Shown: piece after piece, positions 8,934-18,164 of the stretch
Numbering within the stretch: the first letter of the stretch is position 1
How the letters are laid out: the number at the start of each line of letters is the position of its first letter
DNA from: Vulcanimicrobiota bacterium
Lineage (GTDB): Bacteria; Vulcanimicrobiota; Vulcanimicrobiia; Vulcanimicrobiales; Vulcanimicrobiaceae
Reading direction: 5' to 3'
NCBI GenBank assembly: GCA_963833095.1
Contig: CAWHWQ010000005.1
Span: 576,023-640,022 of the forward strand
Length of the DNA stretch: 64,000 bases
Position numbers and translations under genes: made by a program
Notes under the pieces: model-generated
What the model was told of the DNA's origin: nothing
Databases searched by the model: none
The model's input: only the letters and a program-made list of their open reading frames with translations

Positions 8934-8942
8934 AACTCGGTT

Positions 8943-9254
8943 ATGTACGCGATCATCCAGACCGGCGGCAAGCAAGTGCGCGTCGCGGAAGGCGATATCA
9001 TTCGCACCGACCTCATCAACCTTGAGGCCGGAGCCGACGTCACGTTCGACCAGGTCGTGCTCGCGAGCACCGGCAGCGATGTGACGGTCGGGGCGCCGAC
9101 CGTTTCGGGCGCGACCGTGACCGGCACCGTCGTGCGCCAGGCGAAGGACAAGAAGATCCTGGTCTTTCGCTATAAACCGAAAAAGCGTGTCCGCAAGCTC
9201 AACGGGCACCGCCAGCGCTTCGCTGAAGTCAAAATTACCAAGATCACGCTTTAA
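8943..9254 (+). CDS. rplU: 50S ribosomal protein L21
   Basis: MYAIIQTGGKQVRV...YKPKKRVRKLNGHRQ. Confidence 0.97.
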   Translation: MYAIIQTGGKQVRVAEGDIIRTDLINLEAGADVTFDQVVLASTGSDVTVGAPTVSGATVTGTVVRQAKDKKILVFRYKPKKRVRKLNGHRQRFAEVKITKITL

Positions 9255-9262
9255 CCAAAGCC

Positions 9263-9604
9263 ATGGTGGAAGTGACCTTTTACCGGGATGGCCGCGAGCG
9301 GCTGTCCCGGTTTTTTGCGTCCGGGCACGTCGAAATCCCCGAGAGCAGCTCGGATGAATACTCGCTGGTCTGCGCGGCTATCTCGGCGATCCTTCAAGCC
9401 GCACGCGCGGGCCTCGAGGAATACGCCAAGATCGATACGGGCGCGCGCACGAAGTCGGGGCACCTCGACGTGACCATTCCCGAATCCGGTCGCAATGATC
9501 CAGCAGTCGTAGCCATCCTCGCTACCGCAGAAATCGCGGTCGAGCAGATCGCCCGCCAATATCCGCAGCACGTGCATGTAACTCGAACGGCGCAAACCGG
9601 GTAA
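9263..9604 (+). CDS. prp: Ribosomal-processing cysteine protease Prp
   Basis: SGH...VCAAIS catalytic His/Cys, QYPQHV C-terminus; directly after rplU. Confidence 0.85.
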   Translation: MVEVTFYRDGRERLSRFFASGHVEIPESSSDEYSLVCAAISAILQAARAGLEEYAKIDTGARTKSGHLDVTIPESGRNDPAVVAILATAEIAVEQIARQYPQHVHVTRTAQTG

Positions 9605-9631
9605 GATAGGGAACGTACCGAAGGAGATTCT

Positions 9632-9913
9632 ATGTCTGAAACGTTTCGCACCACGCCACCCGATCAGCAATGGTCCGGGGCCAACTCCGCCGGCAACGGC
9701 TATCAAGGCGCCTTCGGCGGCGAACCCAACGCGGAAAACGACAATGAGGTGGGCAAAGCCCTACTCATCGGCCTTCTCGGCGGCCTCGCCTCGGCGGCCG
9801 GCTACATGGTGTATCGCCGGCTTCCCGACGAGCAAAAAGAGCGGCTGCATGCGCAAGTGCGAACGCTGGTCGCGCAGCGTATTACCGACCTGCGCCAAAA
9901 CTTCAATATTTAG
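9632..9913 (+). CDS. Hypothetical single-TM protein
   Basis: AAGGAG SD; hydrophobic ALLIGLLGGLASAAGYMVY segment. Confidence 0.7.
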   Translation: MSETFRTTPPDQQWSGANSAGNGYQGAFGGEPNAENDNEVGKALLIGLLGGLASAAGYMVYRRLPDEQKERLHAQVRTLVAQRITDLRQNFNI

Positions 9914-9965
9914 ACGTCACTAGCGCGAAGTCGCAATCCAAACTGCTGCGGGCACTAACCAGTGC

Positions 9966-10493
9966 ATGCGGCAGTTTGCGTTTATGGTCGCAATGTACGC
10001 GCACGCATTGCAGCTCTTCAATCCCTCGCTTACCACCGATCGCGCGGTGCTGCTCGCGCGCACCACGATCCGCGAAGCTGATGCGCAAGGGCTCGATGCG
10101 CGCCTTCTCGTCGCACTGATCGCGACTGAATCGTCTTGGCGCGATGATGCAATTTCGAACGCTGGGGCACGCGGCCTCGGACAGTTCATGCCCGGAACCG
10201 CCGCGGGACTCGGCGTCGATCCCGACGACCCGCTCGAAAACATCCATGGCGTGGCGGTACATCTGCGCGGATTGCTCGCGCGCTATGCGCGACTGGGCCG
10301 CGACGACGACTTCATCGACGCGCTGGCGGCCTATAACGCGGGGGCCGGGGCGGTCGACCGGTATGGCGGCGTGCCACCGTATCCGCAAACGCGCGCCTAC
10401 GTGCGCACGGTCATTGGGCTTTGGCGTCGTCTTGCGGGGGATGGATCTCCGCAGGCGCGGGCGGCATCGGCGGCGGCATCTTCGTATCGCTGA
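9966..10493 (+). CDS. Lytic transglycosylase (SLT domain)
   Basis: ALIATES, AISNAGARGLGQFMPGTA, ALAAYNAGAGAV.RYGGVPPY. Confidence 0.9.
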   Translation: MRQFAFMVAMYAHALQLFNPSLTTDRAVLLARTTIREADAQGLDARLLVALIATESSWRDDAISNAGARGLGQFMPGTAAGLGVDPDDPLENIHGVAVHLRGLLARYARLGRDDDFIDALAAYNAGAGAVDRYGGVPPYPQTRAYVRTVIGLWRRLAGDGSPQARAASAAASSYR

Positions 10494-10653
10494 CGTCGGC
10501 GGCACGCTCCATCTCGGCGATGAACGAGTGCGACGTGTTCTGAACCTCGCGCACGACGCGCCCGGCTTGGCGCATGATTTTGGGCAACTGGTCGGGTCCA
10601 AAGAGCAGCAGCGCCAGGACTGAAACCACCATGATGTCAGGCACAGAAAACAT
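10411..10653 (-). CDS. tatB: Twin-arginine translocase TatA/TatB-family subunit
   Basis: TM then LLLFGPDQLPKIMRQAGRVVRE amphipathic helix; the TatB vs TatA call is tentative. Confidence 0.8.
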   Translation of the reverse strand: MFSVPDIMVVSVLALLLFGPDQLPKIMRQAGRVVREVQNTSHSFIAEMERAADVSDTKMPPPMPPAPAEIHPPQDDAKAQ

Positions 10654-10693
10654 TAGATCCAATCGTTTCGCCTGAGGTGCTTCCGCTCCGCTA

Positions 10694-10769
10694 GCGAGGG
10701 CGGCGTGGCCCTACGCAGCGAGCATAAACAAGAAAAGCGAGCGTAGTAGGGCCACCCGACCGAACTCGC
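10694..10769. repeat. REP-like intergenic palindrome
   Basis: Perfect inverted repeat GTGGCCCTAC (10705-10714)/GTAGGGCCAC (10746-10755) enclosing GCGAGC direct repeats. Confidence 0.5.
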
Positions 10770-10785
10770 GGGAGGAACACCTCCC

Positions 10786-11283
10786 ATGCCTGTGCAAGCA
10801 GGCACGTCCGCCGTGAAGATTATCTACACGCGAGGCAACCGCACCGAAACGCTGGCCTCGCTGGCGACCTTACGCAAGATCTTGAGCCGCTTCGTCGCCC
10901 ACCGAGTCTTCTACGAAGTCTCGAGTCGCAGCAAGCGCGGCCATGAATTTTTTTCCGCCAAAAACGTCTTCGTCGTCGGCTCGATCGAGGTGACCAACTA
11001 CGAGCATCTCAAGATCTTGATTTTTGACGCGAACAATGCGGCGCACTCGATCGAAATTCTCAATCCGCAGATGATGCGCATCTACGATGAAATGCCGGGA
11101 CGCGGATTTGCCGTTTCATTCATCAGCGAAAGCGAGAACGGCGTCGAAACGCGTTGTTACATTCGCGACGAGGGCGAAGACGCCGACCGCATCAAGGAAA
11201 TGACCGCGCTCGAGAAGATTACGCTTCCCCAACTCTTCGAATATCTCGAAGAACTCACCGCCGTCGAAGCGGCAAAAAACTAA
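10786..11283 (+). CDS. Hypothetical protein
   Basis: GGAGG SD, coding-like codon usage; no motif recognised. Confidence 0.7.
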   Translation: MPVQAGTSAVKIIYTRGNRTETLASLATLRKILSRFVAHRVFYEVSSRSKRGHEFFSAKNVFVVGSIEVTNYEHLKILIFDANNAAHSIEILNPQMMRIYDEMPGRGFAVSFISESENGVETRCYIRDEGEDADRIKEMTALEKITLPQLFEYLEELTAVEAAKN

Positions 11284-11789
11284 AGCTTCAGTATTACTTC
11301 GGTGACGTCGCCCGGGGATATACCCATCGACGCAAGGACACCGGGCGAGCGAATCGCGTCCGCGGCAATGCCGAAAGCGATGTGTTTGGGGAGAAACTTC
11401 TCACCGTCGCCCACCCGCTTGGCCGCCTCGTTCCAGACCGTGTGCGCTTCACGGCTGAGCCAGACGCTCTTGCTGCCGTCGGGCACTTTGAAAGCCAGAG
11501 TGTTAAAGCGCAACAGCGCCGCGCGCTCGCCGGCTTGCAGATTTGGCTCGGGAACGCGTGAGGCGGTGAGACGCACGCCGGCGTCCTCGGGCAATTCGTA
11601 GTTCTCCAGCTTTTCGCGCGGCAGCACTTCCTCGAGTGCCGGACCTAAGGTCGGCTCTTCCAATAACGCGATGAGCAGCGTGCGAGCCGTGATGAACGGC
11701 TCGCGCAGTTCACCGGCAAGTCGCGCGGCGTTCCGCATATATGCCAGGATCTCGTCTGAGAGGAAGATCTGCTCGACTCCGTCGGTCAT
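11280..11789 (-). CDS. Stand-alone Clp N-terminal repeat-domain-like protein
   Basis: AARLAGELREPFITARTLLIALL and EAAKRVGDGEKFLPKHIAFGI resemble two Clp_N repeats; no ATPase domain. Confidence 0.5.
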   Translation of the reverse strand: MTDGVEQIFLSDEILAYMRNAARLAGELREPFITARTLLIALLEEPTLGPALEEVLPREKLENYELPEDAGVRLTASRVPEPNLQAGERAALLRFNTLAFKVPDGSKSVWLSREAHTVWNEAAKRVGDGEKFLPKHIAFGIAADAIRSPGVLASMGISPGDVTEVILKL

Positions 11790-11852
11790 ACCTGCGCTCC
11801 CTTGGCGTCCAGCGGGGCCTCCCCTGCGGCCCCAAGAACTCCTAGCGGCCCC

Positions 11853-12557
11853 ATGCTCACCATAGACGTCGTCACACTCTTCCCGGAGGTCTTCGCTCCG
11901 TTTGTCGGCCTTTCGATTCTCGGCCGCGCGGTCGAAGCGGGAACGATCGCGATCCGCTATCATCATTTGCTCGACGCGCTACAAGGGAACGAACGTGCCG
12001 ACGACGTTCCTTACGGCGGCGGCGCCGGCATGGTGCTGCGCATCGAGCCGGTCGCGCGCGTGCTCGATACAATCGTCACCGCGGCACCCCCGGGCGAGCG
12101 GCGAACGATCGCGGTGCCGGCACCGGGTGGCCACGCCTTCACCCACGCGCAAGCGCAGCGTCTCGCGCAGCTCGATCGGCTCATCCTGATCTGCGGTCAC
12201 TACGAGGGGATCGACGAGCGTCTGGCCGAGCTCTATCCGATCGAGGAATTCACGGTGGGCGATTTCGTTCTCACCGGCGGGGAGTTGGCGGCGCTCGCGA
12301 TTCTGGACGCTACGGCCCGCTTGGTACCCGGCGTGATCGACCCCGATTCGGCTGCGCAGGAGTCCTTTGCCAATGGTCTGCTCGACCATCCCAGCTACAC
12401 CCGGCCCGCGACCTTCCGGGGGGTCGATGTGCCGCCGGTGCTTCTTTCCGGCGACCACGCAAAGATCGCAGCCTGGCGCCGCGAGCAGTCGCGGGCGCGG
12501 ACTATAGCCCGGCGAGCAGATCTGCTCGCCGATGGGGGCGCGGAGCCGGAGGCGTAG
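11853..12557 (+). CDS. trmD: tRNA (guanine37-N1)-methyltransferase
   Basis: IDVVTLFPE, DDVPYGGGAGMV, CGHYEGIDER, GDFVLTGGE, LLSGDHAKIAAWR. Confidence 0.96.
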   Translation: MLTIDVVTLFPEVFAPFVGLSILGRAVEAGTIAIRYHHLLDALQGNERADDVPYGGGAGMVLRIEPVARVLDTIVTAAPPGERRTIAVPAPGGHAFTHAQAQRLAQLDRLILICGHYEGIDERLAELYPIEEFTVGDFVLTGGELAALAILDATARLVPGVIDPDSAAQESFANGLLDHPSYTRPATFRGVDVPPVLLSGDHAKIAAWRREQSRARTIARRADLLADGGAEPEA

Positions 12558-12702
12558 CGCCTTTCGAACGAATGGGGTCCGAAAGCCGCTTGCGGCTTGG
12601 GGAATAGGACTTGCTCGAAGGCGGGGGCCCGTGATACTATCCCGAGGTTGTCGCGGGGCCACCCTGCGCCTCTTCGCATCTGCCGTATAGAGAAGTTGTG
12701 CC

Positions 12703-13053
12703 ATGAACGTCATCGACGTATTGAATAGCGAGCAGCTCAAGGAATCGGTCCCCGAATTTCGTTCGGGCGACACGGTTAAGGTCTATTCCAAGGTCGTCGA
12801 AGGCGGCAAAGAGCGCACGCAGATGTTCGAGGGCGTGGTTACGGTGTGCAAAGGCGGCGGTTCGCATGCGTCCGTGACGGTCCGCCGCGTCGCCCACGGC
12901 GTCGGCGTCGAGAAGACGTTCCTCGTGCACAGCCCGCGCGTGGAGAAAATCGAAATCAGCAAACGCGGTATCGTGCGCCGCAGCCGCCTCTACTACCTCA
13001 GTGAAAAAATTGGTAAGGCTGCGCGCATTAAAGAGAAGAAGGCGGTCAAGTAA
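12703..13053 (+). CDS. rplS: 50S ribosomal protein L19
   Basis: PEFRSGDTVKV..KVVEGGKERTQMFEG, GVGVEKTF, VRRSRLYYL. Confidence 0.97.
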   Translation: MNVIDVLNSEQLKESVPEFRSGDTVKVYSKVVEGGKERTQMFEGVVTVCKGGGSHASVTVRRVAHGVGVEKTFLVHSPRVEKIEISKRGIVRRSRLYYLSEKIGKAARIKEKKAVK

Positions 13054-13077
13054 GCGATCTCGACGCCGCTCGCGCTG

Positions 13078-13743
13078 TTGGGATTGGTTGCCGTTTTCGC
13101 GATCGCCCGCTTGGCGATCAGCAGCAAGGCATTCACGGCCGGCGACGGAGAGTCGTCGGCCGTTGCTGCGCTGCGAGGCTATCTCGACGCGATCATCGTT
13201 GCGGGCCTCGTCGCGCTGCTACTGTTCGTCTTTGTCATCCGCACGTTTTACATCTCATCGATTTCGATGATTCCGACGCTGCAAGTCGGCGACGTCTTCT
13301 TGATCGACCAAGTGAGCTATCGGCTCCATCCGCCGCAAGACGGCGAGATCGCCGTGTTCGCCCCGCCGGTTCCGGGGCAAAGCGACGAGTTCATCAAGCG
13401 GGTCATCGGCGTCCCCGGCGACACCATTCGGATTTCGGGCGGTATCGTCTACCGCAATGGCAGACCGCTGTCCGAACCATATGAAAACCAGCCGCCCAAC
13501 TACGATCTCGAAGTCCGTAACTACACGATCTACGTCGATGGTTCGGCGCTCGATCCGGCGCAGGCCGACATTCCTCCACGGGGAATGTGGCAGGCACCCG
13601 ACCGCGTTCCCCGCGGATTCTATTTCATGCTCGGCGATAACCGGAATTACTCCGACGATTCGCACGTATGGGGATTCGCAAAGCAGGCGTCGTTCAGCGG
13701 ACGCGCCTTTATGATTCTCTGGCCTCACGTGAAAGAACTATGA
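13078..13743 (+). CDS. lepB: Signal peptidase I (paralog 1)
   Basis: SISMIPTL (Ser), FIKRVIG (Lys), GDNRNYSDDSHVWG; start uncertain. Confidence 0.9.
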   Translation: MGLVAVFAIARLAISSKAFTAGDGESSAVAALRGYLDAIIVAGLVALLLFVFVIRTFYISSISMIPTLQVGDVFLIDQVSYRLHPPQDGEIAVFAPPVPGQSDEFIKRVIGVPGDTIRISGGIVYRNGRPLSEPYENQPPNYDLEVRNYTIYVDGSALDPAQADIPPRGMWQAPDRVPRGFYFMLGDNRNYSDDSHVWGFAKQASFSGRAFMILWPHVKEL

Positions 13744-14477
13744 CACCATACGATCTCCTCGCCTTGGTCGCGATCATTCTGGTCTCGCGCATCGTCCTTT
13801 CGATTCGCCCGGTGACCGCGGCGTCGAACGGGCGCAGCGTCGCAATCGCTCGCGAGTATCTCGATCCGTTCATCTACGCGGGTATCGCGGCATGGCTGTT
13901 GATCACGTTCGTCGCGCGAACATACTACATTCCGTCGGCCTCGATGGTTCCAACGCTCGAAGTACACGACGTGCTGCTGGTCGACAAGTTTGAGTATCGT
14001 TTTCATGCTCCGCACGAGGGAGACGTCGTGGTCTTCCCGCCACCGATTCCGACGCCGGATGATTTCATCAAACGCATCATCGGACTCCCCGGCGAGCGGC
14101 TGCGCATCACCAAAGGCGTCGTCTACATCAATGACGTCGCGCTGGCAGAGAATTACATTGCTCAGAGGCCGAGCTACGATCTAAAGATTGCGAATTACGG
14201 AATTTCGATCAACGACGGCTTTGGTTGGCGAGCGCTCGATCCGTCGGAGGCCAACATCCCGCCCAAGGCGCAGTGGACCTCGCCCGATACGATTCCGCCG
14301 AATTGCTACCTGATGCTAGGCGACAATCGCAACGACTCCGAGGATTCGCACGTCTGGGGCTTCGCGCAAGGCGGCGGGACGTTTGCAAGCGGTCCGCGTA
14401 CCGGCGAGCGCGCCGGCTTCACCGGCCGCGCGTTCCTGATCTTCTGGCCGCTCAATCAGATGAAAATCTTGAAATAA
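13740..14477 (+). CDS. lepB: Signal peptidase I (paralog 2)
   Basis: SASMVPTL, FIKRIIG, GDNRNDSEDSHVWG; ATGA overlap with paralog 1. Confidence 0.92.
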   Translation: MTPYDLLALVAIILVSRIVLSIRPVTAASNGRSVAIAREYLDPFIYAGIAAWLLITFVARTYYIPSASMVPTLEVHDVLLVDKFEYRFHAPHEGDVVVFPPPIPTPDDFIKRIIGLPGERLRITKGVVYINDVALAENYIAQRPSYDLKIANYGISINDGFGWRALDPSEANIPPKAQWTSPDTIPPNCYLMLGDNRNDSEDSHVWGFAQGGGTFASGPRTGERAGFTGRAFLIFWPLNQMKILK

Positions 14478-14495
14478 TCGCGAATACGCGCAGAC

Positions 14496-15005
14496 GTGGT
14501 CCGGTTTGTGCAATTGCGCTCGTTCGCGAGCCTCGTGCTGCAACTTGCGATCCTCGGCGCGTTGATCGCCGCATTTTTCGTCCGCTTTCCCGAGGTGTCG
14601 GGCCCATCGATGGCGCCGCAGATCAGTTCGGGTGAACTCGTGATCATCAACACGCTAGCCTATCGGGTTGGTGCGCCGCATCGCGGCGATATCGTCGCGT
14701 TCCGCCACGACGGCATTACACCGGCGACGTATATCAAGCGCGTTATAGGGCTGCCGGGCGAACGCATCCGCATCGATCGCGGCGCCGTCTACGTCAACGG
14801 CGCGCGGCTCGCGGAGCCATACGTGCAGTTCGGCGACGACCGCAGCGCGCCGGAGATCACCGTGCCCCCCGACAGCGTCTACGTGCTCGGCGACAATCGC
14901 GCGGTGAGCGAAGACTCGCGGGTCTTTGGGCCCGTGCCCAAAGGCGAACTAATGGGGCAAGCCCTCGCAGGCGTTTGGCCGCTCGGATCGATCGGCGCGC
15001 TATGA
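14496..15005 (+). CDS. lepB: Signal peptidase I (paralog 3, short form)
   Basis: GPSMAP, YIKRVIG, GDNRAVSEDSRVFG. Confidence 0.9.
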   Translation: MVRFVQLRSFASLVLQLAILGALIAAFFVRFPEVSGPSMAPQISSGELVIINTLAYRVGAPHRGDIVAFRHDGITPATYIKRVIGLPGERIRIDRGAVYVNGARLAEPYVQFGDDRSAPEITVPPDSVYVLGDNRAVSEDSRVFGPVPKGELMGQALAGVWPLGSIGAL

Positions 15006-15820
15006 AAGATCGCCTCGACAACGTCGTGCAGTGGTATCCGGGCCACATGGTCCGAGCGATGCGCCGAATCGCCGAGTACCTCAAGCTCATCGACATCGTC
15101 ATCGAAGTCATCGATGCTCGCGCCGTGCGTAGCGATGCTAATCCAATGCTCGACCGGCTCATCGGCGACCGTGCGCGCATCGTCGCGCTCAGCCGTGACG
15201 ATCTCGCGGATTCCGCGACGACCAAAGCGTGGATCGAGCAGCTGGCCGCGCGCGGACGCGAGGCGATGGCGGTCGAGGCCCGCGCGCAACAGAGTGTGTC
15301 CCGCATCCTCGCCGCGCTCACTGCGAAAGCCAAAGAGCGCAGCGGCATCTCGCGCGTAATCGTCGTCGGCGTGCCAAATTCGGGAAAATCGTCCATTATC
15401 AACGGCTTGCTCAAGCGCGGTGCGGCAAAGACGGAGGATCGCGCCGGCGTGACGCGCCAGCTGCAGTGGTTTCGGCTCGCACCGACCATCGAATTGATGG
15501 ATACGCCGGGCATCCTAGTTCCCAAGATAGAGGGCGCGCAGGCGCAGTGGAAGCTTGCCTTGATCGGCGCCGTACCGCGTGAGCGCTACGATCCGTACGA
15601 AGTCTCCATTGAATTTCACCGCTGGCTCGTCGAGCATCGGGCTGGACGCACCGAGGTTCCCGATCTCGCAACCTTCGCCGCAGCACGCGGATTCGTACGC
15701 CGCGGCGGCGAGATCGACGAACATAACGCCGCGCAAGCCTACATCAAGGCCTTTAATGACGGAGTTTTTGGCCGCATCAGTCTCGAAGCTCCCGGCGACG
15801 GTGACGAACAAGCAGCGTAA
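15002..15820 (+). CDS. rbgA: Ribosome biogenesis GTPase RbgA/YlqF
   Basis: QWYPGHM, DAR, GVPNSGKSS, DTPGI; circularly permuted GTPase. Confidence 0.92.
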   Translation: MKDRLDNVVQWYPGHMVRAMRRIAEYLKLIDIVIEVIDARAVRSDANPMLDRLIGDRARIVALSRDDLADSATTKAWIEQLAARGREAMAVEARAQQSVSRILAALTAKAKERSGISRVIVVGVPNSGKSSIINGLLKRGAAKTEDRAGVTRQLQWFRLAPTIELMDTPGILVPKIEGAQAQWKLALIGAVPRERYDPYEVSIEFHRWLVEHRAGRTEVPDLATFAAARGFVRRGGEIDEHNAAQAYIKAFNDGVFGRISLEAPGDGDEQAA

Positions 15821-16544
15821 GCAAAAGAACGCCTACGAGCGCGAACGGCGGCGGCTCGTGCGGCTGCATCGCTTCGAACGAGCGGCGCGCGAGCGCGGGT
15901 TTCAATTGATCGGCGGTGTCGACGAAGTCGGGCGCGGTCCGCTTGCAGGTCCGGTCGTTGCCGCTTGCGTCGTTGCGAGCGAACCCCTGATGTTGCGCGG
16001 ACTCAACGATTCCAAAGTTGTGCCAGCGCCGCGAAGGCGCGAGCTCGCTCAAGAAATTATGGCCTGCGTCGCTGGATATGGTATCGGCGTCGCGAGCGTA
16101 GCGGAGATCGACCGTCTCAACATCTATTGGGCAAGCGTGCTGGCGATGGAACGCGCGATCGCGGCGCTGGCGTGCGGGCCGCCGCAGTTTCTGTACACCG
16201 ACGCGGTCCGCATCCGATCGTATCCGGGGCCGCAGGAGCCGCTGATCAAGGGCGATGCCCTATGCGCGGTCGTCTCGGCCGCATCGATCGTGGCTAAAGT
16301 CCATCGTGACACCCTGCTCGAGGAACTTCACGGCGAGGACCCGCGCTACGGGTTTGCCGAGCACAAGGGTTATGCCACGCCCGCCCACCTCGCGGCGTTG
16401 CGACTCCACGGGCCCTGCGTCCATCACCGGGCGGCCTTCGCCCGAGTCAAAGAGGCCCAACTCGAACTCTTGTTCGGCAACGACCCCGACGCAGTGGAGG
16501 ACAGTGACAACTTCCAACTCGAGTGGGAAGGGGCGGTCGGGTGA
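15801..16544 (+). CDS. rnhB: Ribonuclease HII
   Basis: GVDEVGRGPLAGPVVAA, LNDSK, IKGD, AASIVAKVHRD, HKGY. Confidence 0.95.
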   Translation: MTNKQRKQKNAYERERRRLVRLHRFERAARERGFQLIGGVDEVGRGPLAGPVVAACVVASEPLMLRGLNDSKVVPAPRRRELAQEIMACVAGYGIGVASVAEIDRLNIYWASVLAMERAIAALACGPPQFLYTDAVRIRSYPGPQEPLIKGDALCAVVSAASIVAKVHRDTLLEELHGEDPRYGFAEHKGYATPAHLAALRLHGPCVHHRAAFARVKEAQLELLFGNDPDAVEDSDNFQLEWEGAVG

Positions 16545-16848
16545 GGACCTGGCAGCCGAATTCCTGGTGCGCGCCGGCTACCGGATCGTTGCGCGCAACG
16601 TCCGCGTCCCCGGCGGCGAGATCGACCTCGTCTGCACTGAGGGCACGACCTTGGTCTTTGTGGAGGTCAAGCGCCGCGACGGGCGCAACTTCGGCTCGGC
16701 ACTGAGTGCAGTCGACGGGCGAAAACGCCGAAAACTACGGATGATCGCATCCGATTATGCCCAGATCGTCGCCCCCAAAGCGGCCATCCGGTTCGATATC
16801 GTCACCATAGACGGTAATCGCATAGCCGTGCATCGAAACGCCTTCTAG
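16504..16848 (+). CDS. yraN: YraN-family (UPF0102) nuclease
   Basis: G..GEDLAAEFL...GY.I..RN...GEIDLV...LVFVEVK...RFD. Confidence 0.9.
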   Translation: MTTSNSSGKGRSGEDLAAEFLVRAGYRIVARNVRVPGGEIDLVCTEGTTLVFVEVKRRDGRNFGSALSAVDGRKRRKLRMIASDYAQIVAPKAAIRFDIVTIDGNRIAVHRNAF

Positions 16849-16869
16849 CTGCATGGATACAACGGCTTA

Positions 16870-18156
16870 GTGGATTCACTCCAAGGACGGACTCTCGGCG
16901 GGCGCTACGAAATCGCCGAGCTGCTCGGGCGCGGCGGGACCGCCGACACCTACCGTGGTCTCGACAAGACGCTGCGTCGAGATGTCGCGGTTAAGGTGCT
17001 CGTCGAACGTTCCGACGAGACGAACGCGCGCCTCTTGATGGAAGCTCGCGCGATGGCGCGGCTGAATCACCCACGAATCGTCGCCGTGTATGATGCCGGG
17101 GAAGATTCCGGCATCTCCTACATTGTTATGGAGCTCGTGCGGGGCAAGACGCTCTCGGCGCTCGAAGGCGGCGAACTCGGCTACAAACAGGCGCTCGGCT
17201 ATATTTACGAAGTCCTGGAAGCACTCGAGTACGCGAACTCGCAAGGGATCATCCATCGCGACATCAAGCCGTCGAACATCATGATCGTCGAGGACGGAAA
17301 GCACACCAAGCTGACGGATTTTGGCCTCGCCCGGCGAGCGAGCGAAGTGACGCAAACGACGCGCACCGGACAAATCGTCGGAACCATCTCTTACCTCGCG
17401 CCGGAACGATTCTTGAGCAAGCCCGCCGACGTGCGCAGCGATCTGTATTCCGTCGGCATCGTGATGTACGAGATCTTTACCGGCACGCTGCCCTTCCGTA
17501 ACGATCGCGATGACATCGTAGCAACGATGTATTCGCACGTGCACGATCTTCCGACGCCCCCACGCGAGATCAACCGCAATATTCCCGAAGCGCTCGAAAT
17601 TGTGATCATGCGCGCGATCGAGAAAGATCCCGGGCGGCGCTTTCAAAACGCAAGCGAGTTCATGGCCGACATCCAGGGCTTACTCGGCCCCGCAACGCAC
17701 CCGCACGCGGCTCCCGTTTCCGAAACCAAACAAATGAAGACGTTTTCACCGTCGTCGGGTGGAAGCACAACGGATCCCACCCTTCGACAAGCGCTCGACC
17801 GCGCGCTCGCGAGTTCGCGCAATCGCAGCGACGCGCTCGAGAACGTCCTCAAAGGGATGATCGCGACGCGCCGGCGCGACTACGACGAAGCCCGCGACGC
17901 CTACCTCTCCGCGATGCACGAACTTTCGGCGATCAATAACGAGGTTGAATACGCCAAGACGGCGCTCAAGTACGCGACGATGGTACTACAAAAAGCGACC
18001 GACGGCCGGCGCGATCGGAACGAACTGCGCGACGGTGTGAACCGCCTCAATGAAGCACTCCGCATTTTTCACGAGTTCGGCTTGCACGAGCAGTATGCGC
18101 ACACGGAATATATGATCAACGCGCTTGAACGCACCGCAATTGGGATCATCTTCTAA
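16870..18156 (+). CDS. Hanks-type Ser/Thr protein kinase with C-terminal helical domain, no TM
   Basis: LGRGGTA, VAVK, HRDIKPSN, DFG, GTISYLAPE, DLYSVG all intact. Confidence 0.93.
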   Translation: MDSLQGRTLGGRYEIAELLGRGGTADTYRGLDKTLRRDVAVKVLVERSDETNARLLMEARAMARLNHPRIVAVYDAGEDSGISYIVMELVRGKTLSALEGGELGYKQALGYIYEVLEALEYANSQGIIHRDIKPSNIMIVEDGKHTKLTDFGLARRASEVTQTTRTGQIVGTISYLAPERFLSKPADVRSDLYSVGIVMYEIFTGTLPFRNDRDDIVATMYSHVHDLPTPPREINRNIPEALEIVIMRAIEKDPGRRFQNASEFMADIQGLLGPATHPHAAPVSETKQMKTFSPSSGGSTTDPTLRQALDRALASSRNRSDALENVLKGMIATRRRDYDEARDAYLSAMHELSAINNEVEYAKTALKYATMVLQKATDGRRDRNELRDGVNRLNEALRIFHEFGLHEQYAHTEYMINALERTAIGIIF

Positions 18157-18164
18157 ATCGTAGA

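Noticed and set aside
12641..12702. L19 autoregulatory leader RNA
   Set aside because: A promoter-like TTGCTC-18-TACTAT precedes it, but I cannot support a specific conserved structure by eye.
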